IMG/VR virus record: IMGVR_UViG_3300030397_000312
Coordinates: 1-57,093 of that record
Length of the DNA: 57,093 bases
Reading direction: 5' to 3' (one strand)
Source: a virus
Lineage: Duplodnaviria > Caudoviricetes
Below the pieces are notes generated by a model that made no database searches, was not told the DNA's origin, and saw only the letters and a program-made list of their open reading frames with translations. Made by a program: the position numbers and the translations under genes. Shown in pieces: positions 10,201 through 20,969 of this stretch. Within the stretch, counting starts at the first letter, position 1; the number at the start of each line of letters is the position of its first letter.

Positions 10201-12496
10201 CTGGCGGTGCCTTTGCTTCAGGTCCAGGCAATGCAATAGGCTTCCCTGGCGTTTTATCATCAAGGCGAATCGGTGGCTTCTTGGCTTCTGCGATTTGCTT
10301 ACGAGGCTCAGGTAATGCGGTTCGTTCTGGAATCTCTGTGGCCGTGGTTTCGATATCTGGCTGGCGACCTGGAGGATTAGGTGTTGGACCCTTTGGATCA
10401 ATGACTTCATCCGGCTCAATCGGACCTGGGCCTTTTGGCTCTGGACCTTTTGGCGTATCTTCTACATCTGCTTCCCACGTTTCATCTGGTTCGGCGGTTG
10501 TGAGATCGGTGCTTCCTGCACCAGCTCCTCCTACTAAACCTAAGAGGAAGGATGGGAGTAACGTCATACCGAAGTCACCTGCGGCACGACCAAAGTCAAT
10601 ATCTATATCACCGAAATAATCTTGTAAGACGGATTGTAAACCTTCTTGGAGAGATTCAAATCCTGATCCGCGAGCGGCTAAACCTGCAATCTGGCCAGCG
10701 CTTTTCTTCGCTCCACCAAACTTGGTGATATCATACAATCGCGAGAATCTATTCAGCGTCGTATTCAGAACAAAGTTTGCAGCCGCGAGTTTATTCGCAG
10801 CATCCAACGCTTCTTCTTGTTCCATCTTCCCAGACGCGACCTGCTGATTGTAAAAATCACCAACAATCGTCATGGTCTCAATGAAGCCAGATGCCGTAGC
10901 GCCCATTGTCGCAGCAAGCTGTGGCGCATTAGGAATTAATTTTAATGTCGCCGCACCAGCACCTAAACCAGTTCCAATGAACGGCAAGAAGTTACCAATA
11001 ATCCCCACAGTCTGCTCTAAGAAGTTTGGATCATCTGGTTGCAGTTGACGCAATCGTTCTTGGAGCATATCAGCCGCTTCGCTAGTGAAGGTGCCAAAGC
11101 CGGTATCAACACCAATCAAATCTTCAATATACTTCGGCGCGTGCATTAATGAGGCAACTGGACTCACCGCTCCAGCCGTAAACATTCGCTGTGCACGATC
11201 TAAGACAGGATGTTTATACGGGAACCCTGGCTTCTCTTCTTCTGGAAATTCTGGCGCACCTGTTGGCACGTCGCCACCAAGGACATTCTTATCCCCTGGC
11301 TTGTCGATTTCCAGCGTATCGTCCATTGACCACGGTGCAGCACGTCGAGCTGGATCATCTACTAGTGGAATCTCCATGCCACTATCTTGTGCTTCTGGAT
11401 AGAGTGCATTATCACCAGCATCGGCAAAACGTGTAGCGTCTTCTACGTCGCCCTTCGAGCGATCTGGCCAATCACTGCGAGCAAACTCTTCTTCTGCTTC
11501 CGTTGGAATATCGGGGAGTTTAATAGACGGCGATTCATGCGGGATAGTTGCCATCGAACCACCCTTACGGGCACGATCTGCGGTATCTGCCATCTCACCT
11601 GTATAGGGCTTCCCACTTTGCGCACCTAAGAGTGTGAATGGGCCTTCTGGTATGAGCGCATGAGTATTCGGTGGTAGCGTCTTCCCTGATTTAGCGTACT
11701 CCGCAACAGTTGTATCACGACCAAGCTGATCACGGAATGCACGGGCACGTTTGATATGCGAATAGAGGTCTCTAACTGCACGTTTGTTTGGCGCTACTTG
11801 ACCAGCATATTCAAGGAAGTCTTTTCCACCGCGTGCTTTTTGCATAAGACGTTCTGCCGTCGGCACTCCAAGCACCCACGCGGTTGAGGCAAAATTAGCG
11901 ATATCCTCTTCATCAGTAAACCATCGCTTTGCTGCGGGGAGGATTTCTTTATTAAGAAACGCCGCAGACATTGCCATATTCTTTTCTTTATTGAGCGGAT
12001 CATACTTATCATCTACAGGGCGTTTGAAGTCTTTATACTGTCCTTGGCGATTCCATATCGCCTTCCCCGTTCGATCAATAAACTGACCTAATCCCTTGGC
12101 GCTAGAATCTCGATTCTTTGCATCAGCGCGAAAGTCTGACTCAGCCTTATAAATCGGAGTAATAATGCGACGTGCTAATGGATCAGGAAAGTATCGGGCG
12201 AGCATCTCCGAGGTTTCTTCATCTAAACCTACGACTGTCCCTTCCTCTCTCCCTGGGGCTTTATATGGTGGAGCGATACTCTCTTCATGTGCTAAAAGAG
12301 GCTTCACAGGGGGAGCGATAGATCGCGCCTCCTCTGGACTTTCGAGCGGCTTCCCGGTATCGGGACGTAGCGCTGCAATGTCTGTACTGACATCCCAGCC
12401 AAACTTTGATCCGGCACGTTCGAGTGCGCGAATCTTTCCCTCTGTATCGGATTCTAAGAATCGTCGGTCTTGCTTAAACTCATGTAGACTAGCCAT
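7205..12496 (-). CDS. large internal virion/ejection protein with lytic transglycosylase (SLT) domain
   Basis: AESDFRADAKN..SSAKGLGQFI...DPLNKEKN; Gly/Ala-rich hydrophobic middle; long K/P-rich disordered C-terminal part. Confidence 0.75.
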   Translation of the reverse strand: MASLHEFKQDRRFLESDTEGKIRALERAGSKFGWDVSTDIAALRPDTGKPLESPEEARSIAPPVKPLLAHEESIAPPYKAPGREEGTVVGLDEETSEMLARYFPDPLARRIITPIYKAESDFRADAKNRDSSAKGLGQFIDRTGKAIWNRQGQYKDFKRPVDDKYDPLNKEKNMAMSAAFLNKEILPAAKRWFTDEEDIANFASTAWVLGVPTAERLMQKARGGKDFLEYAGQVAPNKRAVRDLYSHIKRARAFRDQLGRDTTVAEYAKSGKTLPPNTHALIPEGPFTLLGAQSGKPYTGEMADTADRARKGGSMATIPHESPSIKLPDIPTEAEEEFARSDWPDRSKGDVEDATRFADAGDNALYPEAQDSGMEIPLVDDPARRAAPWSMDDTLEIDKPGDKNVLGGDVPTGAPEFPEEEKPGFPYKHPVLDRAQRMFTAGAVSPVASLMHAPKYIEDLIGVDTGFGTFTSEAADMLQERLRQLQPDDPNFLEQTVGIIGNFLPFIGTGLGAGAATLKLIPNAPQLAATMGATASGFIETMTIVGDFYNQQVASGKMEQEEALDAANKLAAANFVLNTTLNRFSRLYDITKFGGAKKSAGQIAGLAARGSGFESLQEGLQSVLQDYFGDIDIDFGRAAGDFGMTLLPSFLLGLVGGAGAGSTDLTTAEPDETWEADVEDTPKGPEPKGPGPIEPDEVIDPKGPTPNPPGRQPDIETTATEIPERTALPEPRKQIAEAKKPPIRLDDKTPGKPIALPGPEAKAPPVSVIEEKAPGPVDTMKDVPVDKRADLSNAAKTGAAAYKKQLRNMYMEDDPELLTIAEELDLNVTSDDGEKSLDVARASLVNEKVRKRIKAGALEDIYNKPGEIVAEDEDTGEDVAIPSGVVPVVPPGMKGEPAAKPERSVLKEMDKVTPMNEFSRKALKALTPPKGKLEKGAKDDGHRTFMAALPRTDNDSVRAQQEHDLLRDMGIAADKIPDTSQARRQLALKQRENIIKRLAIPVQVNDEVRKVPYGDWKSIVQSAMAGDDAAALVTASSIELPPGRTQMGKYFGPASNKEFSNKRADKYSILEGVDPIGPDVLTWKKEDWINESQRLRAMEESGEWELIPATGFKERVQTKAQVREARKRSGEIQLAAKRLGAGMRGTTAEAEVLDRRRDRKQSSTWVDTTHDSPQKDFPAPPVRDFKEENIQVGMPTEPKQIPGASDKQTYEAFRKKHKMPTPKAVKGEGPLYKEITGDVGTKVNKKKPRTYEEKKAAGADPEAMIPPKPHTDRDLAPGFTELFEWKDRKIQVTDRGKAEVRPREKKKESRHAGLADHADIKTEAQGAMMARAIPVITDEALTTYKGRLGEAKTVALRNASPDLRRDIAKYLFREHFAPGLDSDKRSSFSRNMNRLKKQIKIKLEAQLNDVTYDDGKKRTVTIDLGALQKGGRNSAFNEWMTQFAIDAGLPSADMDMIDRHNDMLKHLAAVAEEKVNDNMLRARFDAHKKAEKESLPDEKEAAQKEAAKKQRSLLNPVGSKDLTEPFDATPESTAKKPAVKRKRKPQTRATATTPEAEAAAQQAEGQARVAEEKGEVETPPKVEPPKKRPVKKVVKKAAQKVTPASTPSRHIERDPEGWVEQSYGEHIHESGARVVMEKGNWQAQTKDGKIIGASISLDDAKSKATSYKPKKIVRQTKVSNTKGKSIKLPKKVRDFFANPSHGDQIEGWKAQYKHLATTEEEGDTKLVGEILEDMRTDMKEAGLIEKGTDEEVRGLAQYFQRGK

Positions 12497-12499
12497 ATA

Positions 12500-14914
12500 T
12501 TACTCACTAAATACGTCCGCGTATGGGTCTTTCTCTCCCGTTTCCTCATCAAAGACATCATCGAATTCCTCCCATTGTTTCTGCTTCGCAAGATATTCTC
12601 CGCGTTGCCATTCTGGAGACGGTGATCCCATCATTGCGAGACCATGTTCCTTAATGTAAGCAGCACCAATGCGACGTAATGCCTGGATGTGCGCGTTCGT
12701 AACTTCCTTGTTCCCTAGTGTATTAATTAGACCTTCTAATCCTTCATTAAATATACGGAATCCACCTGGCATACCGTGGACTAAACCACGTAACGCCGTA
12801 TGTGAACCAATCGCCGCTGTCCCTAATATCCCACCAAGGACAAGCGCGTGATACCCGCCAGCAAATCCAAATCCCCCAGCCATTGATGCGAGACCAACCG
12901 CCGCGAGACGACCCCAATTCTTCCATGCCCTCTGTTCGATTTGTTCAAATGCCGCCTGTTTCAGTCCAACATTCTGAATCCGCAAACCCTCAATAAGACT
13001 CATAAATCGTGTTAATTCTGGTAAGTCTTTATCGAAGAGCAGCTTTGCTTTCTCTGGATTCTGTGTAACTAAATTATAAAATGACGACGATATCTTATCG
13101 TAATCGACCTTATGCGGATCAACGAAATCATCAATCATCTTCTGCATATAGACGCCGCGCATTTCATTCCAGACCTGACGACCTTCTGGACCAGAGCGTT
13201 CAAGCGCATCCTTCAGAAGCTTTAAGTCTTCGTATGGAGTCTTTGGATCGAAGAAGACATCGCGGATTGCTTTCTCTGGATATTTAGCATCTATGATTTC
13301 CTTAACGCCACTCTTGTATGAGACGCCCTCATCACGTAACGCACCAAACGTGCGACGTTGTGACTTAAACATATCTGATGCTTTATCTAAATCTCGATAA
13401 ATAGAACGCTGATCTGCGGCATCTAACATTGCTTCGAGTGTATTATTGACACCACGATAGAGCTTGTGCATTTCGCTACTATCGGCACCAGCAGGAATGG
13501 AGCCGCGTAATCGGTCGCGAGCAATAACCAAATTCTTAATGGTCCACTTGCCATTCTTCGCGCCAGGGATCAACGGTCGCCCCTGAGAATCTTTCATCTT
13601 CTTGACATGCGGATGATCTTGCAACATCATCACAATATGATCATTAATATTGTCAGGATCAGCAGGGTCAATTCCATTCCGCTGCTGGAATCGCTGTACA
13701 AGATTCTCTACATCAGCATCTTTGAATTTCTTATTTGCCCATCCAGCACCAGGACGACTTGCATGAGATAACCCTTTGCTGTCTAATCCAACGCGACCAC
13801 GTGCACGATTTGCGACGGCTGCCGCATCATCCCATTCTTTCTTCGATTGTCGCCGAATGACATTTTGCACATTATCCCAAAAGGCATTATCGAGAGTCAT
13901 GCGATTAGGCGTGTACGCTTTCCACCAGTTACGCACAGAATAACGCATCGGCTTCATACGTTCTGTTCCATGCCGCGTGAGATGTTGAACCCATCGGTTC
14001 ATCTCTCTCGAAATGACACCATGCTGTTTCTTGACGATACCGCGTAGAAACGATCCTAGAAAGACGTGGTTCTGGACGAGAATCGTATGATCTTTCGAGC
14101 CTTTCCCTCCGTAGATTAACGGATGAGTAGGTTTCATTCCATATTTACGCAACTCATCTGTAATCTCTCTATGCGAGAGCGCATCTGGCACATCGCGCAT
14201 CCAGATACCTTTCAGCGTGGAGCCTTCGTCAATATATTGACCAACCTGGCGACCCATTTGTGCGTCACCAAAACGCGCCGTCCTATCAAAGAGCGGGATA
14301 AGTTTTTCGTTGACTTGACGAACGCCGGGTATTTTATAGAGCTGATCTCCTGCCCAAGAGATTGCTTTCCCCGCTGGTCCCATAAGATTACGAATAATGA
14401 CTTCTGCGACTACATCAACACCAGCGCCGATTCCCATTGCTTTTGCCACATCCGTTGCGGCATCGGGATTCTCTTTCAGGTACGCCTTAATGGAATTTTC
14501 TATTCGCGCAGGTCCACCCATTGGACCAAGATCGCGTCGTGACGTATCGTGGTAAATCTTCGTTGCGCCTTCCAGTATAGCGTTCTTTGCACCAACAATC
14601 GCAGCGCCACCAGGGATCATTTCCGTCGCTGCGTCAACAGTCCAACCAGTCCAAGTCTTTGGATCGAGTGCAGCTTTCCCCCACTCACCAATAGCTGACG
14701 GCTTTTGATTGAGCTGATCCTTCCACATGTAGCCTTCTTTTTCTGGACCGAAGGCAGTGTCAATAGCCCATTCGGCGAGACTTGGCTCGTCTTTCTTTTC
14801 GCGAACATTATGATAAGCGGTGGGCGGAGCAATACGGACAGGTCTCCGCGTAGGCTCAACTTGCTCACGTTCTTCTAATTGAAATTCGCTTGTCGGTGGT
14901 TGGAGATTCTGCAC
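12500..14914 (-). CDS. putative ejection (internal virion) protein
   Basis: 804 aa, helical, Gly-rich hydrophobic C-terminal segment; position in the podovirus ejection block. Confidence 0.55.
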   Translation of the reverse strand: MQNLQPPTSEFQLEEREQVEPTRRPVRIAPPTAYHNVREKKDEPSLAEWAIDTAFGPEKEGYMWKDQLNQKPSAIGEWGKAALDPKTWTGWTVDAATEMIPGGAAIVGAKNAILEGATKIYHDTSRRDLGPMGGPARIENSIKAYLKENPDAATDVAKAMGIGAGVDVVAEVIIRNLMGPAGKAISWAGDQLYKIPGVRQVNEKLIPLFDRTARFGDAQMGRQVGQYIDEGSTLKGIWMRDVPDALSHREITDELRKYGMKPTHPLIYGGKGSKDHTILVQNHVFLGSFLRGIVKKQHGVISREMNRWVQHLTRHGTERMKPMRYSVRNWWKAYTPNRMTLDNAFWDNVQNVIRRQSKKEWDDAAAVANRARGRVGLDSKGLSHASRPGAGWANKKFKDADVENLVQRFQQRNGIDPADPDNINDHIVMMLQDHPHVKKMKDSQGRPLIPGAKNGKWTIKNLVIARDRLRGSIPAGADSSEMHKLYRGVNNTLEAMLDAADQRSIYRDLDKASDMFKSQRRTFGALRDEGVSYKSGVKEIIDAKYPEKAIRDVFFDPKTPYEDLKLLKDALERSGPEGRQVWNEMRGVYMQKMIDDFVDPHKVDYDKISSSFYNLVTQNPEKAKLLFDKDLPELTRFMSLIEGLRIQNVGLKQAAFEQIEQRAWKNWGRLAAVGLASMAGGFGFAGGYHALVLGGILGTAAIGSHTALRGLVHGMPGGFRIFNEGLEGLINTLGNKEVTNAHIQALRRIGAAYIKEHGLAMMGSPSPEWQRGEYLAKQKQWEEFDDVFDEETGEKDPYADVFSE

Positions 14915-17631
14915 TAAATTCGTTCTTTCTTCTTCGCAAGAGCTTCTTCAATGTCACGGTACTCCGGCATTCGCTCTGCACCCATGCGATAGTTATCCAT
15001 ATCACGCGCATATGGACTGATCCGCTGATACTGCTCTAGTAAGAGCGCTTCTACATCTTCTGGTGTATGATAATCCTTCGCCATCAGCTCATGATAGTCT
15101 GACCGCTGGAGAAAGCTTCCCCAAAGGCGTCGATACTGTTGACCATTAATCGTATATTGATTACGCCCTTCAATATCTGCCTGATAATAGGGATCAAAGT
15201 TTTCCTCCTTCGCGTAAATCTGATCGCGAGTCGCTTCATCCATACCAAGTGGTAGCGGCTCATCAATCAGCGGCGCAATACCAAGCTCCGCATCATGCTC
15301 ACCGCGTAATTCCACCCCGTAGAGTGGGATCATCTGCGTTGGGACATGGTACGCCTCTTGGAAGTAGAGTGACTGTCCGTGCGTTTCACCATAACCTTCT
15401 TTCCGTAGGCGATTCATGGTGCGCCATTGAATATCTATACTATCATTAATCGCGTAGAGCATACGTCGCATAATTAACACAGGCGACAACGAAGATGGAT
15501 CACCAAGTGCGGCCATAGCTCGTCGCGCATCATCATTCGAGAATCGTTGCTCGTCAACCATTTCACGCAGCTTCAGGAACATCTGCTGATACGCATTCAT
15601 CGCATGAATCTCTGCCTCTGTTGGCGGCTGTAAGAAACTCTGCGCATCTGGATGATCCATTAACTGCTGATAGGATTCATCCGTTAACTTACTCCTTAAG
15701 AGATTATCGAGTCGCTGTGTATACGTCTGCTTCTGTCCTCGTAGCTGTCCAATAAATTGCGACCATTCCATCAGATTAAAGCCATTCGGCGTTAAGATTC
15801 TTCCACCCGTAAACCAATCGGTCACTGGCTCAAAGAGTGCTTGCTGTCGGAAACGGACTAACAAGTCTGGCCATCCGTCACGACGCTGATCACCAAAAGC
15901 ACGATTAAAGGCATCGTAGGCTTGCATCTCATGCTTGAGCATCTCTTTCCGCTTTGCCATTTCATCACCTTTATCACGAGTCTTCTGGTGGTCGGACATA
16001 TGGAGCGGATTCCAGTATGGATCGCCACGATTCATCTGAAACGAAATAAGCTCTCCATTTTGCCCATACGTATGATACGTAATCGAATTCTGCCACATAC
16101 CAGAACGCGCTTGTCGCTCTTGAATGTCCCCATCCTTTGGGTCCATATTTACACCAGATTTCCAGATAATTCCATCACCGGCTGACGTTGCCTCTTCATC
16201 AATGACATTCCCAGCACGGATATTCGCAATCGCTTTCTTTGCAAGATTCTGTCGCTCGTGCAATAAAGGTTCTATTTCCTTGTTCGCTTCCCCTTCGCTT
16301 CCTGGTAACTGGGTTGGGTCGATATTATTACGTATCGAGGCGATCTTCTGATCTAACCGATCTTCCTCCATATGGATACGTTGCGCGATTTGATGGGTCG
16401 TCCCATCCATACCGTACGCCTGTTCTAATGCATCTGCTGCATGATTATGAGCATCTCGTATATTCGCGACCTCATCTGCATTGTCTCTTACGTCTACTTG
16501 TACCGGAGTATAATTCACTGGCGTGATACCTGTATCGGCACGTTCGCGACCACTGACTGGTCGGATATGCTCAGACGTTAAACTCTCAAGACCTGCATGT
16601 GGATCGTTTGGCTCCCTCTCTAATTGAGAAGGGTCCATATAGACGCGGCCTTCTTTCTCTGATGCGCCTTCTGGGAGTTCTCCCCGCGAAACTGCTTGTG
16701 GGAGGTATTTCTCAGACTGTTTCCAGTAGGCAAACCATGTGATCTCACCATTATGAATACCGCTTACTTGGACCGCGCTTCTCCCTGCGGGCTTCTCGTT
16801 CATTGGCATCGCTGTGAAGAAACCAAGATTGGATTCCTGGAGGCGATTTCCACGATCCTTCATCGCATCTGAAAGATACGAATCATATTTGTCAAGCTCA
16901 TCGTAGAACATACGCATGTCGAAGTCTTTAACGCCATACATATGGGCATTAATTTGCGCCTGGGCGATACGTGCCTTTGCGCCACGTGCCCACATACGCT
17001 TCTGATGATTTGGGATATCTGTTCGGCGCTGAATAACGGCATAGTCTTTCATCAAACCATCTATGCCACTCATACCTACGGCTTGCATAATATAGCGCCG
17101 CTTGTACATATCACGCGAGAGCTTATCATTCTCGTCTACCCATTTAGGATCAAAAACTCCACGGACTAAGCCATAGATATTCCCACGACCGAGACCACTT
17201 CCCACAAAGTCTCGCATCCCTTGGCCAACTCCACCCATAAAGTCATCTACTTTATCAGTGAATCCCTGCTGTTGTGGTTGCGGCTTCTGTTGTGGAACGC
17301 CCGTCTGTTGTGTACGCTGAAAGGCACTGGTCCGATTATTCATCGGCATCGGACCTTTCCGTTGATCTCCTAGCTTTCCGGCATCTTCACGGAATTCAAA
17401 TCCCTGTGGAACATGGCGTGGATCATTTTGCCCAACACCTTGGAAATCTAAATTCGTCTCTGCGGCTTGCGCCTCTGCTGGGCCAAGCTTATCTCCAGCC
17501 CATCCAATTAAGTCTCCAGCTTTCTCGATACCATGACCAAGGATATGGCCAGGCACACGGATACCTAGCTCGATCAGTCGAGCGAGAGTATGAGGATGAA
17601 CATTCACATTCGATGGGGTTGCACTTGCCAT
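14914..17631 (-). CDS. putative ejection protein
   Basis: 905 aa; position and composition only. Confidence 0.5.
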   Translation of the reverse strand: MASATPSNVNVHPHTLARLIELGIRVPGHILGHGIEKAGDLIGWAGDKLGPAEAQAAETNLDFQGVGQNDPRHVPQGFEFREDAGKLGDQRKGPMPMNNRTSAFQRTQQTGVPQQKPQPQQQGFTDKVDDFMGGVGQGMRDFVGSGLGRGNIYGLVRGVFDPKWVDENDKLSRDMYKRRYIMQAVGMSGIDGLMKDYAVIQRRTDIPNHQKRMWARGAKARIAQAQINAHMYGVKDFDMRMFYDELDKYDSYLSDAMKDRGNRLQESNLGFFTAMPMNEKPAGRSAVQVSGIHNGEITWFAYWKQSEKYLPQAVSRGELPEGASEKEGRVYMDPSQLEREPNDPHAGLESLTSEHIRPVSGRERADTGITPVNYTPVQVDVRDNADEVANIRDAHNHAADALEQAYGMDGTTHQIAQRIHMEEDRLDQKIASIRNNIDPTQLPGSEGEANKEIEPLLHERQNLAKKAIANIRAGNVIDEEATSAGDGIIWKSGVNMDPKDGDIQERQARSGMWQNSITYHTYGQNGELISFQMNRGDPYWNPLHMSDHQKTRDKGDEMAKRKEMLKHEMQAYDAFNRAFGDQRRDGWPDLLVRFRQQALFEPVTDWFTGGRILTPNGFNLMEWSQFIGQLRGQKQTYTQRLDNLLRSKLTDESYQQLMDHPDAQSFLQPPTEAEIHAMNAYQQMFLKLREMVDEQRFSNDDARRAMAALGDPSSLSPVLIMRRMLYAINDSIDIQWRTMNRLRKEGYGETHGQSLYFQEAYHVPTQMIPLYGVELRGEHDAELGIAPLIDEPLPLGMDEATRDQIYAKEENFDPYYQADIEGRNQYTINGQQYRRLWGSFLQRSDYHELMAKDYHTPEDVEALLLEQYQRISPYARDMDNYRMGAERMPEYRDIEEALAKKKERI

Positions 17632-17641
17632 TATTTAATTC

Positions 17642-20323
17642 CTATCCTCCGGTCCCAGGATATCCGATATTAAAGTTCCAACCACCATCCGCACTTGCCC
17701 TCGCGATGGAGGTACTGAATTGTCCAGCATTCACTGTTGCAGCTCGCAACGCGGCAAACTCTTGGAATGCCAGAGCGAGAAACGCCTGTTCTGCATTTGA
17801 CTTCATTTGTATGTCATTTTGCAGAAGACCAAGGACATTCATAAAACTATCCCGCTCCCTGAACACGGATTGTACATTTAGACCAAGAGCCTGTGCGTAT
17901 TGTGACATATTTGCCATCTGTGCGCGGACCTGTTGATCCTGCGTCGCTAATGCTACTCGTGCTCCCGTCTCGTACTCTGTAAGATTCCCTGTCAGAAAAT
18001 TCCGTGCAGTTTGTACGCGAGCTTCCTGCGTAAATCCTGCGTTTGCTAAGTTAGTTTCTTGCTGTGCGCGATGATTCGCGGTGGCAACTTGCAGCTCGTA
18101 ATCCTTCGCCATACGGACTGCGGTCGCTTGCGACTCTCGTTCCAATGCAGCCTGCTGTCGGTCTAATGGTTCAATCAGATCACGGAAGGCGTACATACCC
18201 GTACCAGAATCTGCTAATCCTTTCGCGGCAAGCTGTGAATCAATCTGCTTCTGTGTGAGTTCTCGCCGACGCTCGTATTCCTCTGTTGGTCGTGCAGTTA
18301 ACTCATTATAAATAGCATCCTGCAAGAAGCCTGGACCAAGGTCCATACGGGCAGCTTGTGCTTGTGCTGGGTCAACCTGCACACGACTATCAAACCGGAA
18401 CGGATTAAGATTAATATCCCCAACTTGAACACCGCTCTTAAAAGCTTCTAAATCTTCATCACTAATGCGACCTTCTGGGCCAGCACCACCGATCAGATTA
18501 CCTAGCATATCTTCAGCAATCAGACCTGTTCCACCTGCGATTGGACCGCGTGTAATAAAGTCACGTGCCTGATCATGTGTGATGATATTACCCTGGAACC
18601 AGAACGTATCATTCGTTCCGTCATAAATCAAGTCTGGATTCAGTTGATCGCCATGCCATTGGCCATTAGCCCATCGTGCACCAGTTGCCGTTCCCGCAGT
18701 TAACGCATCTGTTAATGCCTGCGTTGGCATCTTGAGACCTTCTGGTCCGACTTCGCGCATCTTATTCCACTGCTCTTGTGAAATACCTTGCCCACGATAC
18801 CAGATAGACCCGTCACCAGCGGCAACCACTTCAGGATTCCCCTGTGTTTCCGTCCATGCGGACCCATCCCATGTCCATCCAGATGCATAGCCTTCTGCAT
18901 ATGCCTGTCGTACATCAATCGGCACGTCTTTTGAGAAACCCGTACCAGGGAATGGGCTAATCAGATCGCCTAATGGGTCTGCGGTATCAAATGCGCTAAA
19001 CGGTTCTTGTAATTCGTGGATACGTTTGACCTGCTCTAAGTGACCTAAGACGGCCATCAGCACGCCCTTAGAACGTCCACTCAGCGTGTTACCATCCGCA
19101 CTGCGGAAAGCATCATAAATACTCTGGAGAGTCAGTTCGTTACGAGCAGAAGCATCAAACCACCCCTCTTCTCCGAAGATTCTCCACCAGTCTTGCATCT
19201 TATCGGGATCGAATTGCCGAACGGCATCAACGATATCACCAATATTAACGCGATATTCATTGTCTGGAATACGTCCACCACCAGCGGTATTCTGCGGCGT
19301 CTGTACTGTGCCACCTTGCAACTTCTGTTGCGCAAGTGCCTGATTCTCCTGCTGTGATTGTGGGTTATTCCATATATTGTTTTGCTGTGGGTTATTATTT
19401 GTCAGCGCATTCTCTGCGGACGCGAAGAACGCATACCACGCATCGGGATTCTCTTTTAATGCTGCTTCTTGTTCTTTGGTGATTTCCCACCCACGAAACC
19501 ACAACTGATCAGTAGGACCATAATATACTAGATCAGCATCATTTCCTTTAGAATCCCATTGATTACCATTCCAACTAAGACCAGAAACATGACCTGCGGC
19601 ATAGGCATTCCAAACCTGCGGCGGGTAATTACCCCAATTCCCGGTCGTATTACTTTTCAGCCAGGTCATTGCCTGGGGAATTTGAGGATTATGACTGTCA
19701 GTATTTGGCGTGCCAGTATTCAGCCAATCAACTTGATCGTAACTGACAGGATGACCGAAGAGATAATATTGGCCAGACTGCCAATTCGCCCCATCACCAC
19801 CAACCCAGACAAGTTCAGGATTCTGATTACTCCGTTGCCAGCCAATCTGCGGATTCCACGAGAGACCAACAGCACTTTGATTTGCGTAAGCTCGGTAAGC
19901 ATCTTGATTCATACCCCATTGGGTCATGTTACCAAAACCACCAGCACTTCCGCCACCGCCAGTACCACCAGTCCCACCACCACTTCTCTGATTACCAGAG
20001 AAATTAATCGGTTGATAAGGATTCCACCCAGCCCTGACATTCATCTCAGGATAAGACTGCTGGAGCAATGCTTGTGGCGCAACCCCAAAGTTGAACCCAA
20101 AGTTCATCTTTCCAGCATCGCCGTATCCGCCACCGCCTGGACCAAATCCAGAACTACCAAAGAGTGAAGATTGACTACGACCCTTACTGATCGCATCAAA
20201 TGGGTTCGGCGTCGGGCCGAACGCGCTCATCATCCCACCCAACAAATGAGCAGGGAAGCCTGTTGCGTTTAATGTGCGCGAGCGGTTTTTAGAGCTTCCG
20301 CCACTACCTAATCCAAAAGACAT
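17642..20323 (-). CDS. putative DNA pilot/ejection protein with four Trp-rich repeats
   Basis: MSFGLGSGGSSKNRSRT pilot-like start; QLAAKGLADSGTG and Q/A-rich coiled C-terminus. Confidence 0.6.
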   Translation of the reverse strand: MSFGLGSGGSSKNRSRTLNATGFPAHLLGGMMSAFGPTPNPFDAISKGRSQSSLFGSSGFGPGGGGYGDAGKMNFGFNFGVAPQALLQQSYPEMNVRAGWNPYQPINFSGNQRSGGGTGGTGGGGSAGGFGNMTQWGMNQDAYRAYANQSAVGLSWNPQIGWQRSNQNPELVWVGGDGANWQSGQYYLFGHPVSYDQVDWLNTGTPNTDSHNPQIPQAMTWLKSNTTGNWGNYPPQVWNAYAAGHVSGLSWNGNQWDSKGNDADLVYYGPTDQLWFRGWEITKEQEAALKENPDAWYAFFASAENALTNNNPQQNNIWNNPQSQQENQALAQQKLQGGTVQTPQNTAGGGRIPDNEYRVNIGDIVDAVRQFDPDKMQDWWRIFGEEGWFDASARNELTLQSIYDAFRSADGNTLSGRSKGVLMAVLGHLEQVKRIHELQEPFSAFDTADPLGDLISPFPGTGFSKDVPIDVRQAYAEGYASGWTWDGSAWTETQGNPEVVAAGDGSIWYRGQGISQEQWNKMREVGPEGLKMPTQALTDALTAGTATGARWANGQWHGDQLNPDLIYDGTNDTFWFQGNIITHDQARDFITRGPIAGGTGLIAEDMLGNLIGGAGPEGRISDEDLEAFKSGVQVGDINLNPFRFDSRVQVDPAQAQAARMDLGPGFLQDAIYNELTARPTEEYERRRELTQKQIDSQLAAKGLADSGTGMYAFRDLIEPLDRQQAALERESQATAVRMAKDYELQVATANHRAQQETNLANAGFTQEARVQTARNFLTGNLTEYETGARVALATQDQQVRAQMANMSQYAQALGLNVQSVFRERDSFMNVLGLLQNDIQMKSNAEQAFLALAFQEFAALRAATVNAGQFSTSIARASADGGWNFNIGYPGTGG

Positions 20324-20324
20324 A

Positions 20325-20966
20325 TTACATCCTCTGCGGTAAATCTAATCGCGGAGTCGGCTGTTGGCCTAATCCCGTCTGCGGTATGCCTCGTAGATTT
20401 AACTTCCCACCTACTGACGATACCATTGGTTGATAACCGTTCTTGCCTTCTATTTGCTGTTGATACTTATGAAAGATAGCTTCTCCAAATGTCCGTGCAC
20501 CACCTTCACCAAGCGTTTGCATTGCTTGCTCTAATGTCGGTAACGGTCCTTCTGCAAGCTGTGCCGCAGAGACCTGCTTTGGTCCTCCAAATCGCGCACC
20601 AGTCATATCAAGTCCACCACCACGAGAAGCAGAATGCGTCTCCTGAACAGAGGGAATCTCGGGTGCGGGCACATGTTCAAAGCTTGATCCTTCAAGGACT
20701 TTCTTCCCGAAATCTACCATATCACCAAACTTGAAGCCTGGCGTTCCGGCATCCATCGTAGACTGAAAGGCACTTCCTTTTCCCGTCTCGGGATAACCTG
20801 GACGACCAGTGAATTCAAAGCCGGAAGGAATGGTATTGACCCCATCACCAGTCTTGAGCTTACTAAGTCCTGGTATGTCTAACGCATCGAGGAGACCATT
20901 CCAACCTTTTCCGGCGGCCTCAAACATTGCATCAAAGAAGCGCTCTGGCGCGTCAAATAATCCCAT
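20325..20966 (-). CDS. putative small internal virion protein
   Basis: MGLFD start, Gly-rich. Confidence 0.5.
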   Translation of the reverse strand: MGLFDAPERFFDAMFEAAGKGWNGLLDALDIPGLSKLKTGDGVNTIPSGFEFTGRPGYPETGKGSAFQSTMDAGTPGFKFGDMVDFGKKVLEGSSFEHVPAPEIPSVQETHSASRGGGLDMTGARFGGPKQVSAAQLAEGPLPTLEQAMQTLGEGGARTFGEAIFHKYQQQIEGKNGYQPMVSSVGGKLNLRGIPQTGLGQQPTPRLDLPQRM

Positions 20967-20969
20967 ATC

